NCBI GenBank assembly: GCA_951804945.1
Contig: OX638150.1
Coordinates: forward strand, 41,230,001 to 41,294,000
Direction: 5' to 3'
DNA from: Podarcis cretensis
Lineage: Eukaryota
Length of the DNA stretch: 64,000 nucleotides
The notes beneath the pieces were generated by a model. It was given only the letters and a program-made list of their open reading frames with translations. It was not told the origin of the DNA and ran no database searches. This document shows positions 23,301-35,682 of the stretch, piece after piece. The position numbers and the translations under genes are program-made. The stretch's first letter is position 1; each line of letters begins with the position of its first letter.

Positions 23301-26300
23301 CAATAAACCAACTACATAAAGATTTTGAGTCTGGTATAATATTTGAGGGGTCAAATATTTGAGGGGTCAAATGTCTCCTCTATTTAGAGGGTTATTTATT
23401 AAATATATGACATCACAATCACATGGGTAGCAAATCCCATCAAAATTTATTTTATTTGGTGGAGTTGGTGAACAGGCAAGACCTTTTTCTTTTTTTCTAT
23501 TTCCTTCATTGTACAATGTACATTGTGTTTTTATATCCCATTTATAATTTTATAGATGAATCCATTTCATCCACTTCTGATTTTTTTTTTTACTTTACTA
23601 TCAAAAGGGATTTGTATAAATTATTTTGTTGTTAATGTTTTTTTGTGTGTGTTTTGGTGTATTGTCTGTTTCTGTTATTCAATTTTTAAAAAGCTATTCT
23701 GGAACCATTTAATGTATCTTTTTATTTTTGATTTTCAAGAATAGCATCACTCTTGACATGTCAAACATTACTCTTCCTTTTCTATAGCATTTATATCAGC
23801 CATGCCCATGTTAGAATGAATGCCATTATTGCAGAGATTTGTCCATTCTACTTTTTGTACAGGGCTTATCCGTATTTTCAAATGCTTAATACATAAATAA
23901 CAGCAACAAACAAATAAATATCTATTTACTTTTGGCCTGGCTAAACATGTCCAGACTTCCTTAAACCTTCTAGCAGCTGGAGAATGGAAGTAAGAAACAA
24001 GAACATAGTTCAATAGCCATCTGGTTTTTACTTGCTTGCTTTGTAGCAGTAGAGACAATGGCTAAACCAAATGGATTTCCTCCACAGTTTGGCACTAGCT
24101 AAGGCCCGTACCAGCTGCTCCCCCATTATCACCTTTTAAAGTGTGCAAGGCTGCCTCTGTCTTGCAACTGGGCAGCATTTGTGCAGACATGTCATTTATA
24201 ACAAGCTATACAAGTAACCAGAGCCAACTGTTATGTGAAAGCACTAGCTCTCACAATCAGGGTCTAAAACCTGACAGTGGTCCTCCCTGAATCCCAAAGC
24301 GATTGCGTGGTGACACTATTTTGCTAGTCCTAGGTTGTATATGCAAAATTATATTCTGTTGCAGGTGCAGTTCATATGCTCAAGGTGATTCTGAGGAGGT
24401 TGGCTAGACAATTCCACAGATTCACTAGAGCAGAGTTACAGCTTTTGTCCTGACAAATGCTAATTCACTGATACCAGCTCCCTCGGAGCCACACTGGATA
24501 TTCTAAAGAAGCACACTTCCTCTCCCCATGCTTCCATGTCTCACACAAAGCAGGGTAGATTGGCCCTGCCCTTCATAGATATTTTCCCCACTGTGTTTGT
24601 TTCTGCAGTGGAAGAACACCCAGCTCACCCATGGGGGTGAATATGCACCACACCCCTTTGGATGAGATCTAGGAGAATGGAAAGGGGAAGTTTGGCTTCC
24701 TCTCTCTTGCCACTTCTACAGCACGGGTGGCATGGCTCTTGGTCTGTTCATAGTGTTTGAGCAGCTTTGTAGTGCTTCTTATTAGTAACTGTAACTTCCT
24801 AATTCTGAATTTTAAATTATTTGTAACCTGCCTTGGGATCTGCTGGTGAAGGGCCTGTAATAAATTTAACAACAACAATTGCAGAGACATATAATGTACT
24901 TTAAGAACAAAAGTCCTACTGAAGTCAAGTTGCAGAGTTCTGCTGCTCAAACTGGTTCAAGTGCTCTTGGTATGTAAAGCGTGGTTGGTATGTAAAGTTG
25001 GGGCAGAAGAGGATGTGCCAGATGCAAACAGGGAGCTGAAGTGAACAAGTAAAGCTCCATGAACCCTGCAGCAATCCCAGCAAAGCATAACTGCTATTAA
25101 CCTCACCCTTGGAACAAGACCGAACAAATAAGCCCCTAGCAATATCCTTTCTTCTTGCTGAGCAAGATTGATTGAAAAACAAATTGGCGCAAATAAGGCA
25201 TGAAATTAGATTAAAGCCTCTCACTTGGGGCTGCCAGGACGGAAATCAAGACTTGGGCAGGCTTCTGTGGGAGCCGAGGCACCATTAATAAATCTGTCTG
25301 TGGCCCCTCCTTGTCCCCGCAGCCTTACAGCCCAAGAGAATATACTCATAGCCACCACAGTATTATAATCAAGCAGAAAGAGTTTTCTTCTTGTTCATGG
25401 GTTGCCAAATGATAGTTCATGAGGGTGTATTTGTGAACTGCTGTGTGCTGGCAAATTTAAGAGTTCCTGATTACAGCTCCCTTTAAGGAATACAACCCTT
25501 CTGATTTCAGATCCGCCCAGTTAAAAACAGGAATAGGAAACCAACTTGATGAGATTTTTCCTACTGTCTGAACACAGGGCAGATTTTCTGCCTTGCCTGT
25601 CATTTGCAGATGACGGGGAAGACAAACAGGAATAAGAAACAAGTTAAAGGTGAGTTGAATCTTTTAGAAACCTTGCAAGATGGCGGGGAGCAGAGGGGGG
25701 AGCACACAATCATCTGCTCCCTGGGCTCCCCAAATTACCCCAAAACAACAATTGTCCAAGTATTCAGCTCACCCTTCCAAGGGCTGGAATACACCTCCCA
25801 TCTTTCAATCCAATGCAAGTCCAACTGTGCAAGACTTTAGCATATGAAAAGAAGCAGCAAAATACTTGTCCAAGGATAGACAGAAAATAGTATGTTGTCA
25901 GGAGTGGGACAATGAGTTGAACTAGATGCCACGGGGATCGTAGAAGTTTCTGTTTCTTGAGTGACAGCAGTACTTCTTTAAAATTCTTATTCTAGAAGCA
26001 GAGAACATACTGCTGGGGCTCCAGAAAGGAAACTGATACCATCACACTAAAACTGGTTTTAAGAAAACAAAAAAGGAAGGTGGGTTACACTTGGGATTAC
26101 TTCAGCCCTGGCCATCAGGAATTTGCACATTTTGTCTGGTCTAGATAGCCTGCTAAAATTTGTGATTGCCAGCTTCCTGACCCTTACTAGCAGGGGAGGG
26201 GCAGTGTCTTACCGCTTATGTGTTCCAGAAAACAGTCTGGAGGCACATGATACAATAACCTTGATTAAGCAAAGCAGTTCTGATCCTTGTGAATCCATGT

Positions 26301-27477
26301 ATGTTAACTTGCATTCCATCACAGAACAAAAGGCATAAAACAACTATGTTGAGCTTCAGAGGCAATCCAGGCACTTGGAAGTGTGGTGTGAGAGAATGGA
26401 TGATCCACTTCCTTTCTGTACTGAGCTTCAAGCTCCAGAAAAGAGCTGGAGCACATCCATATTGCACTGCACTTCCAAGAGTAGCAAATCCAGAGTAATA
26501 CTACCAGTTTAAGAGAAGGGACTTGCACGAGTAACTGATGGCAGACTCTGCTCAGTAGATTTTCACTACACAAAATTTCATTCATGTTTCCTGGTTCACC
26601 CCACAGCTGAAAGTGCAAACTGCCTATGTGACTTCATAAAGCCAATCTTGAAGTGAAATCATTATACCATCTTTGGTTCCCACCTACTGTTTATTTGGGT
26701 TGGGTTGGGGAGTAAATTTACATATGGGACCTCCCTTCAGAACAAACATTTTATTTTTAAATCATGCATCAACCCCTCTCTCACCCCCACCCCTAAACGA
26801 TGATACAATTATTGGGAATTAGAATAGTATTGTAAAAGAATGGTGGGAAAGTGGCATATTAAAAATGCACGTCTATTTTAAATTACAATGAAGAATTTCT
26901 ACTATATGGAAGTGTTTCAGAGGAGAATGGAATGCAGTTGTCAAGGGTACCCACACCTGCTTCCTTCCCTTCTAGCTTCTATCAAGATGCCCTATTGTGG
27001 AAAAACAGCCATATCCACCCGCAAAACCAAAGCAGAATGAAAGGGCTCAAACCCAGAGGTGGCAGTGGGGTGTACAAAGGACTTTGCTTTATGTTTGACA
27101 GCAAGTCATAGCCCCCGGTGGGCGCCTTCTAACCCTTGTCATGACCTTCGGCTCCCTCCATTGTACGGGGGCTCCATTGTGAAGTGTTCTTGCTGAAAGC
27201 AAGGGGATAGCGTTAACTTGCTGAATGCCATTTTGGGGTCTCTCCCATTAGGGTATGAAGGCAGGAAGGACAAGGAGCAGCCAAGATGTTTTGTTATTAA
27301 AGCTTGAGCGTACTGCTTAGCACCGGAGTATCTCATTCGGAGCCCACTGCGGCAGCATCTGTCTCCCCCACTTTGCTGCTTCATCATATCAGAGCTCAAA
27401 TGGAGGTGTCACAAGGTACCTCACGTTTCAGAAGGCAAGAAAACTGGAACCCAACAGAATCCAGCAACTTGATAACA

Positions 27478-27590
27478 ATAGGGGCAGGGATGTGGTCCTT
27501 CGGATGTTGTTGGATAATGACCATGGTAAATGGTCAGGCATGATGCAAGTAATCCAACAACATCTGGAAAGCTAAACGTTCCCCGCTAGA
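27478..27590. mobile_element. Old hAT-like MITE remnant
   Basis: Nested inverted repeats GATGTTGTTGGAT/ATCCAACAACATC and TGACCAT/ATGGTCA. Confidence 0.5.
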
Positions 27591-29590
27591 GAATACTTCA
27601 TGTGCATTTTCAACTACATTTCTGATATTTCTGCTGAGATAATGCAACATAGTCTCAAGCTCAGTGTGATCAAAAACTTCTCATCTTTCCTCCCAAGCCA
27701 TCATCTCTTTGTCCGTTACCAGCGTCACCATCCACCCAGTTGACCAGGCACAAAGCCTTGGTGTTCTATTTGATACTTCCCTTCCCTTTGCCTCTCAAAA
27801 TTATTCAGCTCTCTCAGAACTTTGACTTTTTGGCCCTCATCTTTAAGTCCCTTCTTGTCTTCAGCGTTCAAAACCTTCCATAGCCTCATCTGTCCTTGTC
27901 TCTGCACATATTTTGCAAGAGATCATTTTGTCTAGCTCTACCATCCTCAGCCATTCAAAGGTATCCTTGCTACCTGAAGCAACATTTTCCCTTGCTGCTC
28001 CTTATGACTGGAACTTCCTCCCACATGGGACTTACTACCAAGAAACAAGCATAGGATTGAGCGTCCCCATGCATATTTGTACTAGTTGTATGCCTTTCAC
28101 ATGACAAGTGGCAGAGCCATAGCTATGGAGGTAGCCAGGTTTTTTTGCCCTGGGTGAAGCCTCCAGAGGGGTGCCATTGAGGGTCCCTGTCTCTCTCTGT
28201 GTGTGTACCCAAATGTGCATGGGAGGGAGTACCAAAGTGAGTCTTTGACCCGGGTGAAATAAAGCCTAGTTTCTTCCCTTCAAGTGTCTAGATAGAGTCT
28301 GGCAGGTAGCCCTGTCAGAAAAACTAACTTGCCATGCCCAGCTTGCAGGGGAAACCACAAAAAAGACTCATTCTATGCTATATGACACACATTCATTGAC
28401 TTTATCAACAAACAGTGGGATTTATGCCTACTCCCAACAGCCCATACAACTTTCTGGAGAGGTCTAATCCTTCATGTAGCTGATCCTGTGTAAAATGACA
28501 ATCCCCATGCAAACGTAAATTAAATGTCTTTTCATGTTAAAAGTTTAATAAAAATATTTGTTGGGGTGTGTGTGGAAATTGTGCTGGTTGCATGTCAGAT
28601 GAAATAACTCTAAACCACCAGCCTACAGTATTGTTCTAATCTGAATTGTCATGTATTTAATTTAGAACATGAATTTGTATTTTACAAAGTCTAACAATGC
28701 TAGAGGCAAGGTCAGTCAACATAGCCATTCCAGAGTCACAGTGGTTTGCCTTCCTGATTATCAGGAAAATTACCAGAGTTTTCTCCCCACCTTCTCTCTC
28801 CTGCCCCCATTTCTCTCAGCTAAAGTGTTTATGGAACTGCAAAATGAGGAAATCGAAAGGCCAAATGCAGCCCATCTCCAGGGGCAGAGAAAGAATGTTC
28901 CCTACAGTATGGCCTCTGGGCTGTTGTCCTGCCCAGCTTAGGTCAGTCCAAGCATTTGCGTAACTGCATTATATCACAGCTGCTGCAAATGAAGCACACA
29001 GATAGCCAAGATAGAGCAGGTCATATCTTACACTATTCTGCTCCTATACTTTGTGGGAAATCCTAGGAACGTGATAAGACCTACAGGAAACACTAGCCCT
29101 ACAACAGAACAAAGAATTTTTTTCCAGTTATTATTTCCAGTAGCTGCCCAGGGTATACAGATTAGCCTTTTGAGCAGCAGCAATTCTATAATCCAGGAAA
29201 GAATTTGCAGCCAGAAATAAATGACGCTAACTGCAACTGGTAGGGAAAACTGGCAAGGCAGGATGCTGGTACACCAGAAGAGAGTTAAGTCATGCTGAAC
29301 TTCGTAATGCGACTCACAGGCCAAGTTTATCATATGGAATAATTCATTTAAGTCAATGAAGGTTTGTTTAGCTGAAACAATCCATGTCTACAATCACAGT
29401 TGGAATGCAGTAAATCAGGGCTAGGCAAACTTCAGGGCTGGGGGCCATATTGGTTGGGGACTGCATACCACTGGTGGTCAGAGCCAAGGCCAAAAAGTGG
29501 GCATGGCCATTCCCACTCCCCCTTCTCTCTCTCTTTCTCTCTCCTTCCCTTCTCTTCATCAATCCATCCCCCTCTTCTCTCTCTGACATG

Positions 29591-29614
29591 CACACACACA
29601 CACACACACACACA
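29591..29614. repeat. (CA)12 microsatellite
   Basis: Directly visible. Confidence 0.95.
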
Positions 29615-30136
29615 GACATGGTTGCTGTGCCTGTTTCTCAGCCAAATTCCTGCCTGATCAGCCCCTTCAGAGTGAATGTCAGAGCATCTTCTAGTCATCT
29701 CATCCAACAATACAATCCTCTGCTTGAAGCCAGAGCTATATTCCCATTTTGCAGCCCTCCACAGATATACCTGTTGCACAAGCCAGAGGCCAATGTTCTA
29801 GGAACAGAGCAAATAGACCACAGAAAAGTGCTTACAAAGCAAACAGATTGAGATGACTCAAACAAACAACAGCCATAACATATACAGACATACAAGCAAA
29901 AGCAAAAACACACCCTGGAATCATTACATCTTTGGGGCAACATTTCTCAATTTATAGATTGATTCTCTACCACAAAAGTGACAAGTAAAGCAGTGCACAA
30001 TCATTATAAAACCTGCAGTACTACCACTAACAAAGGCACAATAATACTAGGACAACAGGCACATCCCCACAGTGCAGCTACACTTAGAACATAATTGTAG
30101 AAAGAAACAGCAGAAACCAACTCCTTGGTTACTCAC

Positions 30137-30281
30137 NNNNNNNNNNNNNNNNNNNNNNNNNNNNNNNNNNNNNNNNNNNNNNNNNNNNNNNNNNNNNNNN
30201 NNNNNNNNNNNNNNNNNNNNNNNNNNNNNNNNNNNNNNNNNNNNNNNNNNNNNNNNNNNNNNNNNNNNNNNNNNNNNNNNN
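30137..30281. other. Run of 145 N (assembly gap or masked sequence) in NTN1 intron 5
   Basis: Directly visible. Confidence 0.99.
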
Positions 30282-31036
30282 AGAAAAACAGCAGCAAAGG
30301 AGCCAACTGCTGGCAGAGCATTCCACAGGATGGGCTTCATCAGGCCCTAAGACAAAGTTTTTCCCAACCTCGTCCTCCAAAAATTTCAGATGGACTGCAA
30401 AACCCATCCAAAATGTTCAGTTCCAAAATGCTGGGGGTAGTTGACCTAGCCTGTACCCTGGTTTAAAGTTCATCACTCATACTGCTAACTGGGCCCAGAA
30501 GCTAACAGGAAGCCAGCAAAGCTAGAAGCAATTTTACCAAGACCTGTCATGAGTAACCTGTCAAAGATGAACTGCAGCATATCATACTCCCCCAAACTTC
30601 CCAAGTGTTTTTGAAGGTGCACTGCAGTAACCAGCGTGAGAGACTAAATCCTTGTCTAAGCAGCCACACGGCTATCCCATGAATTGCCCACCTGCCCATT
30701 GCTACTCTCCAGCAGCAAGACAAGGTCTAGGAGTAGAATTATAAAATGAGAGAGAAGTAGAAAATGTCCGGGTTGCTCAGCTTAAAATGTTCAGCAAGGC
30801 TGCTGGCTCAAAACGTTGGCAAAGAGCAATTTTATAAAAGCAAATGAATTTTAATTGCTTTTCCAGTCAAATGCAGATGTTATATAACTAAAGCAAACCC
30901 TGGTGCAGAACCAGCAATGGCAATGTTTTCTCTCTTTCACACTAAAGCTGGTCTTGGCTCATGATCCATTTGAGATTTCTCTACAAAATATACATTCTCC
31001 TTTCTTTCAGATTTGGAGCCACTTTCAACTTGAGCA

Positions 31037-31245
31037 TTTATTTATATCCTGCCGTTCCTCCAAGGAGCTTGATTCCCCACATTGGCATTCATTCCCACAT
31101 TTTATTATTCCAACGACTCTGTTTGGCAGATTAAACCTCGAGAGAAGTGACAGGCTCAAGGTCACCCAGCGAGTTTCATGACTGAGGATTTGAAACTGAA
31201 TGTTGCAGTCTGACCAGAGCACTCTATCCACAACAACACACACAC
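31037..31245 (-). mobile_element. MIR/CORE-type SINE remnant
   Basis: GAGAGAAGTGACAGGCTCAAGGTCACCCAGCGAGTTTCATG..GGATTTGAAAC resembles the CORE domain and a reverse B-box; (ATTT)n tail. Confidence 0.6.
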
Positions 31246-32781
31246 TCTTGAAGAAGTGCGGCAAAGCGATTCTGTCCAATGGGCTGCTACATATAACTTC
31301 CATCCAGATTTCTTCTTTTGGATTGCAATGTTCAGACAGCCCTCAGAATGCATTTAGGGGTGGCTGTGCTATCACCTGTGCTTATGCCAAGTGACATGTA
31401 GCCAAGACAGTGCTGTGGACTTCTGGGGAAGTGTGCAATGATGAAATCTGAAAGGTGCCACACTCCCAAGCGGACTAGGCAGTCAAATAAAAATGATAAA
31501 ATACGGGAGCTCATCCTCTCTGACTAAAGTGGTGCTTAAAAACGTCAATAAAATTTCTACTGAAGGGATATCATGCACTTAGGGACCCACCGCCAATCAG
31601 ATTGTTCAGTTTGGCTGAGCTTTCCTTGTGCTTTTAAAGAGAAGGCGCCTTGTGCTGCAATCTGCCTCTGAAAAGATGGATTGTTCCATTGAAAATGATA
31701 TACACAGGGGAATGAATAATAATTTTTTAAAATTTAGGAATCCAGGAGATACTGTTGCAAGTTTGAGTGTTTACTACTCCCTCTCCACCTTGTAAATAAT
31801 TTTCTGTGAAAAGAGAATAAAAACTTGCACTTCTATAGCTTTTAGCCTAAACTGAAAGTAGCAGAGGACGACGAGAATAAATGAGTCCACAACAGTGAGG
31901 TTGCTAATGTCCCTTAAAAGATGCAATAATAGCATATTTAAACAGCTGATTCTTTACTTCCATCTGTTTGTCAAATTTGTTCTGCTCCAGGTCAGGCTAC
32001 CCACAAGACTGTAAAATACCCAACCAAAGGTAATACGTTACAGGCGTCTCCTCACTTACACAGGATTTACATTCCCAGGTACTGCACATATACATGAAAC
32101 CACATATAGTGGGGGACACCATCTAAAATGCCTGTAAACACCCTCTAAACCTCTGGAAACTCTTGAAAAACCCTTTTAAAAGTCAGCAGCAGTTATCAAA
32201 CTGGCATGAATAGTGGCAATGGGGGCTCTCAGTTTTCCTCATTGCTAGAGGATAATGTTGAAAAAATGACAAGGGGGGCAGACTGGTCTCCTGAAGTACC
32301 AAATTCCACAAAATCCGCCAAACTCCAGCACAATCACTCCCTCCAAAGCTTTCTCTCAAACTCCAACTCTCCACAGGCCTCAAATGTTAGTGCAAAGACT
32401 TCTGGGATTGCTAGCCAATCATTTCACACAATTTTTGCCTTTTTTCGTGTCTTTTTGCAGTTTAAATCTATGTACTTAATTATTTCCCAGAGCCAGTTTT
32501 TTCATACAATACTACACAAACACTATTTCTTTTGCTATGTAATAACCCATTCTTGACATTTAATGTTAATTATTTTATTCTTAAATGAAAAAACCAAAAT
32601 ATTACGCTTATGACCTCCCCCTCACCTACAGTAAAAAAAAGCCTTGAATAAGTTTCAGTCCTGCTTACTTTGTTGTTGCTATAACTTGGTCAGCAAACCT
32701 ATCTTGTCTTTGGAATAGGATATTCTCTCTCCCCCCCCCCCCCGACAATTTGAACAGGATTAAAACAAAAGTATAACATAC

Positions 32782-32835
32782 CTGCAGGTTCTTCTGTGCT
32801 ACTGGCCACAGTGGTGGGAGGAACAACAGGTATCT
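32782..32835 (-). CDS. NTN1: Netrin-1 coding exon 5 (Pro/Thr/Ser-rich linker), 54 bp, phase 1-1
   Basis: Read by hand, because the ORF track shows another frame here: (K)IPVVPPTTVASSTEEPA(D), resembling the netrin-1 linker IPVAPPTTAASSVEEPE. Acceptor TTTACCACAG|AG and donor GCAG|GTATGT. Keeps the frame between exons 4 and 6. Confidence 0.96.
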
Positions 32836-34201
32836 CTGTGGTAAAGAAGAAAAGGCAAACAAGGGAAGGATAAACAAGAAAAGGTAAAAATTGTTACTCT
32901 CTCCAGGAATGAACGTTTTCACAAGTTCAAAAGTTGTCAGAAAAAAAAGTGATTGTGCAAATGAACCTTCAGGGACCAGAGAGGGTGTTCAGCAAGTGTG
33001 TGCATGTACATTTTAGTGCAGCGCTAACCTAGAGTTCGCCTTCACCAAGCACATCTAGTTATGTCCATCTAAATATCATAGCAAACAATGCCTCCAATGA
33101 TTTTGATGTAATCAGGACTCCATCAGAGAAGAGAAAGACATATATTTCCTGGAGCCATATTTGGTTCTAGGAACAATCTCATTTCAGTTCCTAGAAGTGA
33201 GTTCTAGAGTCTCATACTGTATGAGATGAAGAGGATCCATAATCAGATATTTCTCACATCTTTTATCTTAAAGAAGCTGTAGGGAGAGGGCAGCTGCCTT
33301 CAGACCATAAATACTCTATAACAGTATAAGAGTATGAAATTTCCGTGACTATTCCAGATTATCAGAAATGCATCCTGAGAAGTTATTAAAAGACTTGATT
33401 CTTTCAACCATGACCTTATTTATTTTATTTTTGCATTAGTATTAAGGAAACAGGGTAATGGCCATTATATGGCTGTTCTGTGTTTCTTTTTGGTTTTTCA
33501 AAGTTGTTTTGATCTTTGATTTCTTTTTCTCTGTATGACAGAGACAGAACCAACTGCTTTGGTATGAAAGTTGCTCTGAACAATGATGGAACCCAGGCTG
33601 TCTAATGCTTTTAGGAGGAAAACATTGACTACGCCCAAACATTATTTTAATCAAACATAATTTAAAAACAGTAGTAGTTTATTGCTGGCATTGCTAGAAA
33701 AAATGGTTCTGCAACACAGAAAATCATGTTTTCAACTTTGAAACCTTTTGTTTAAGTGGGAACTTGTACTCGCATCACCTTACTAGTGTGATCAATAAGA
33801 TATATGTATAATTCATCCATATATTTATATACATAGAGACATGCAAAATGCAACCTGGACATACAACACACAGGGCCACTGCACAAATTACAGCTTTAAT
33901 GGGTATACATTACACAGTTTCACTGTGTACTCACTAAACCTATCCCAGTTTCCAGGTTCATATATATCTTTCCTTGCTATTAGCCCCAGCTCTTCACTGT
34001 GCATTTTCACTGAATAAGCGAGTTGAAATAGTGGTGGAAGTGAATGTGCCTTAAAACCTGAAGTTTTAGGTTCACAATGTGGACCTGTAACTGCTACCCA
34101 TGAAAACTGCAATGTGAAAAGTGGCCAACAGTATCTCTAGCGATATTAATTAAGTCTATCAGGTGTTAGTAAGCAGACCAGATTTAGGATTCATTACGTT
34201 A

Positions 34202-34465
<264 letters not shown>

Positions 34466-34994
34466 TCAACTAGCAAGAGTATCCAAAGACAGCAAGATTT
34501 TTTGTAGCAGAGCTATAGGAATGAGGTGAGAGTAGCCAGTGCCCTGGACTGCAGGTATCATCTCATTCTAATAGCAGTGCTCTGTAAGCACAACTTTCCC
34601 CAGAAAATCTGAAAGCAACATGATGGACAATCAGTGCCAGCTACTACATTACACCACAAGGGTTATTAATATACTTGTGGCCTAAAATGAATTTAAAAGT
34701 TTTAAAGCAGACATTTACTGCTGCTGAGTGGACTTGCCTAATGCCACACCTAGAATTATTTCCCCACCATTCAATTTCTGTACGTTTGCTCTTTGTTCAG
34801 TGCTTCAGGAAATATTCTGTTCCAGCCTCACTATCAACCTCCAATCATCACAGCTGGTGGGAGCAAGAAGAAGAGGAAGGGTTTCCTTTTCTCTCTAGAG
34901 GTCATTGAAACACCTGTTCTGTAGCTGGAACAATAACTAAACTCAGCGGATTGCGGTGAATTCTCCTGGCTAAATTCCTGTTGAAGAGCATTCA

Positions 34995-35160
34995 GGGGGA
35001 GCTCTGCTGAATCAAACCAATGGTCCATCATTAGCCAACAAGCGACAGCCATAAATTGTCAATAGCTAACCAGATGCCTCTTGAGAAGGCAAGCAAGGCA
35101 TGAAAGCAATAACCCCACTCCTTTCCTTCAGCAGCTGGCACTCAAGAGGCATACTGCCTT
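34995..35160 (-). mobile_element. Degenerate CR1 3' fragment
   Basis: GCTGAATCAAACCAATGGTCCATC, AACCAGATGCCTC and AGAGGCATACTGCCT are reverse matches to motifs in 56090-56347. Confidence 0.55.
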
Positions 35161-35173
35161 CGCAATCTAGTCA

Positions 35174-35361
35174 GGAAAGGGTTATGGCTCAGTTGTAGAG
35201 CACATACATTACATGCTAGAAGGTCTAAAGTTCAATCCCCACCACCTCCACATTGAGCTGAAAAAGACCCTGGTCTGAAACCCTAAACAGCTGCTGCCAG
35301 TTTGTGGTACATGATCTAGCTATATGGTGCAACTCAGTTTTAGATAGCTTCCTATGTTCCT
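35174..35361 (+). mobile_element. Degenerate tRNA-derived SINE (Squam3-like)
   Basis: A-box-like TGGCTCAGTTGTAG, B-box-like GTTCAATCCC, core CTGAAACCCT..AGCTGCTGCCAGT and tail AGCTTCCTATGTTCC. Confidence 0.7.
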
Positions 35362-35367
35362 ATATAT

Positions 35368-35682
35368 CAGTGGCAAGGAACCTTTTCAGCCCAAGGGTTC
35401 TGTGACCCTTCTGATGGCCACATGCCAGTAGGGGCAAGAGGCAAAAATGGACAGAGCAACAAATGTAAATTTTACTTTCTATATAGAAGACATAAACTCC
35501 TCTCTATCCTCCATCAGGACAAACAATGCATTAAAATTCAAGGGCACATTCCAGCCAGGCAAAAATACTGAGTGTTAAGCAGGGCCAGTGATGGGTGTGG
35601 CCTGGGGAGAGTTCCAGGGGCCAGACAGAGAGGTCTGAAGGGCCACATTTGACCCCCATGGACCTGAGGTGCCCCACCTCTT
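35368..35682. mobile_element. Old hAT-like non-autonomous element
   Basis: CAGTGGCAAGGAACCTTTTCAGCCCAAGGG start and GGACCTGAGGTGCCCCACCTCT end. Related fragments near 29415-29520 and 60040-60150. Confidence 0.45.

Noticed and set aside
30047-30466. ORFs spanning the N run
   Set aside because: Open only because Ns contain no stop codons.
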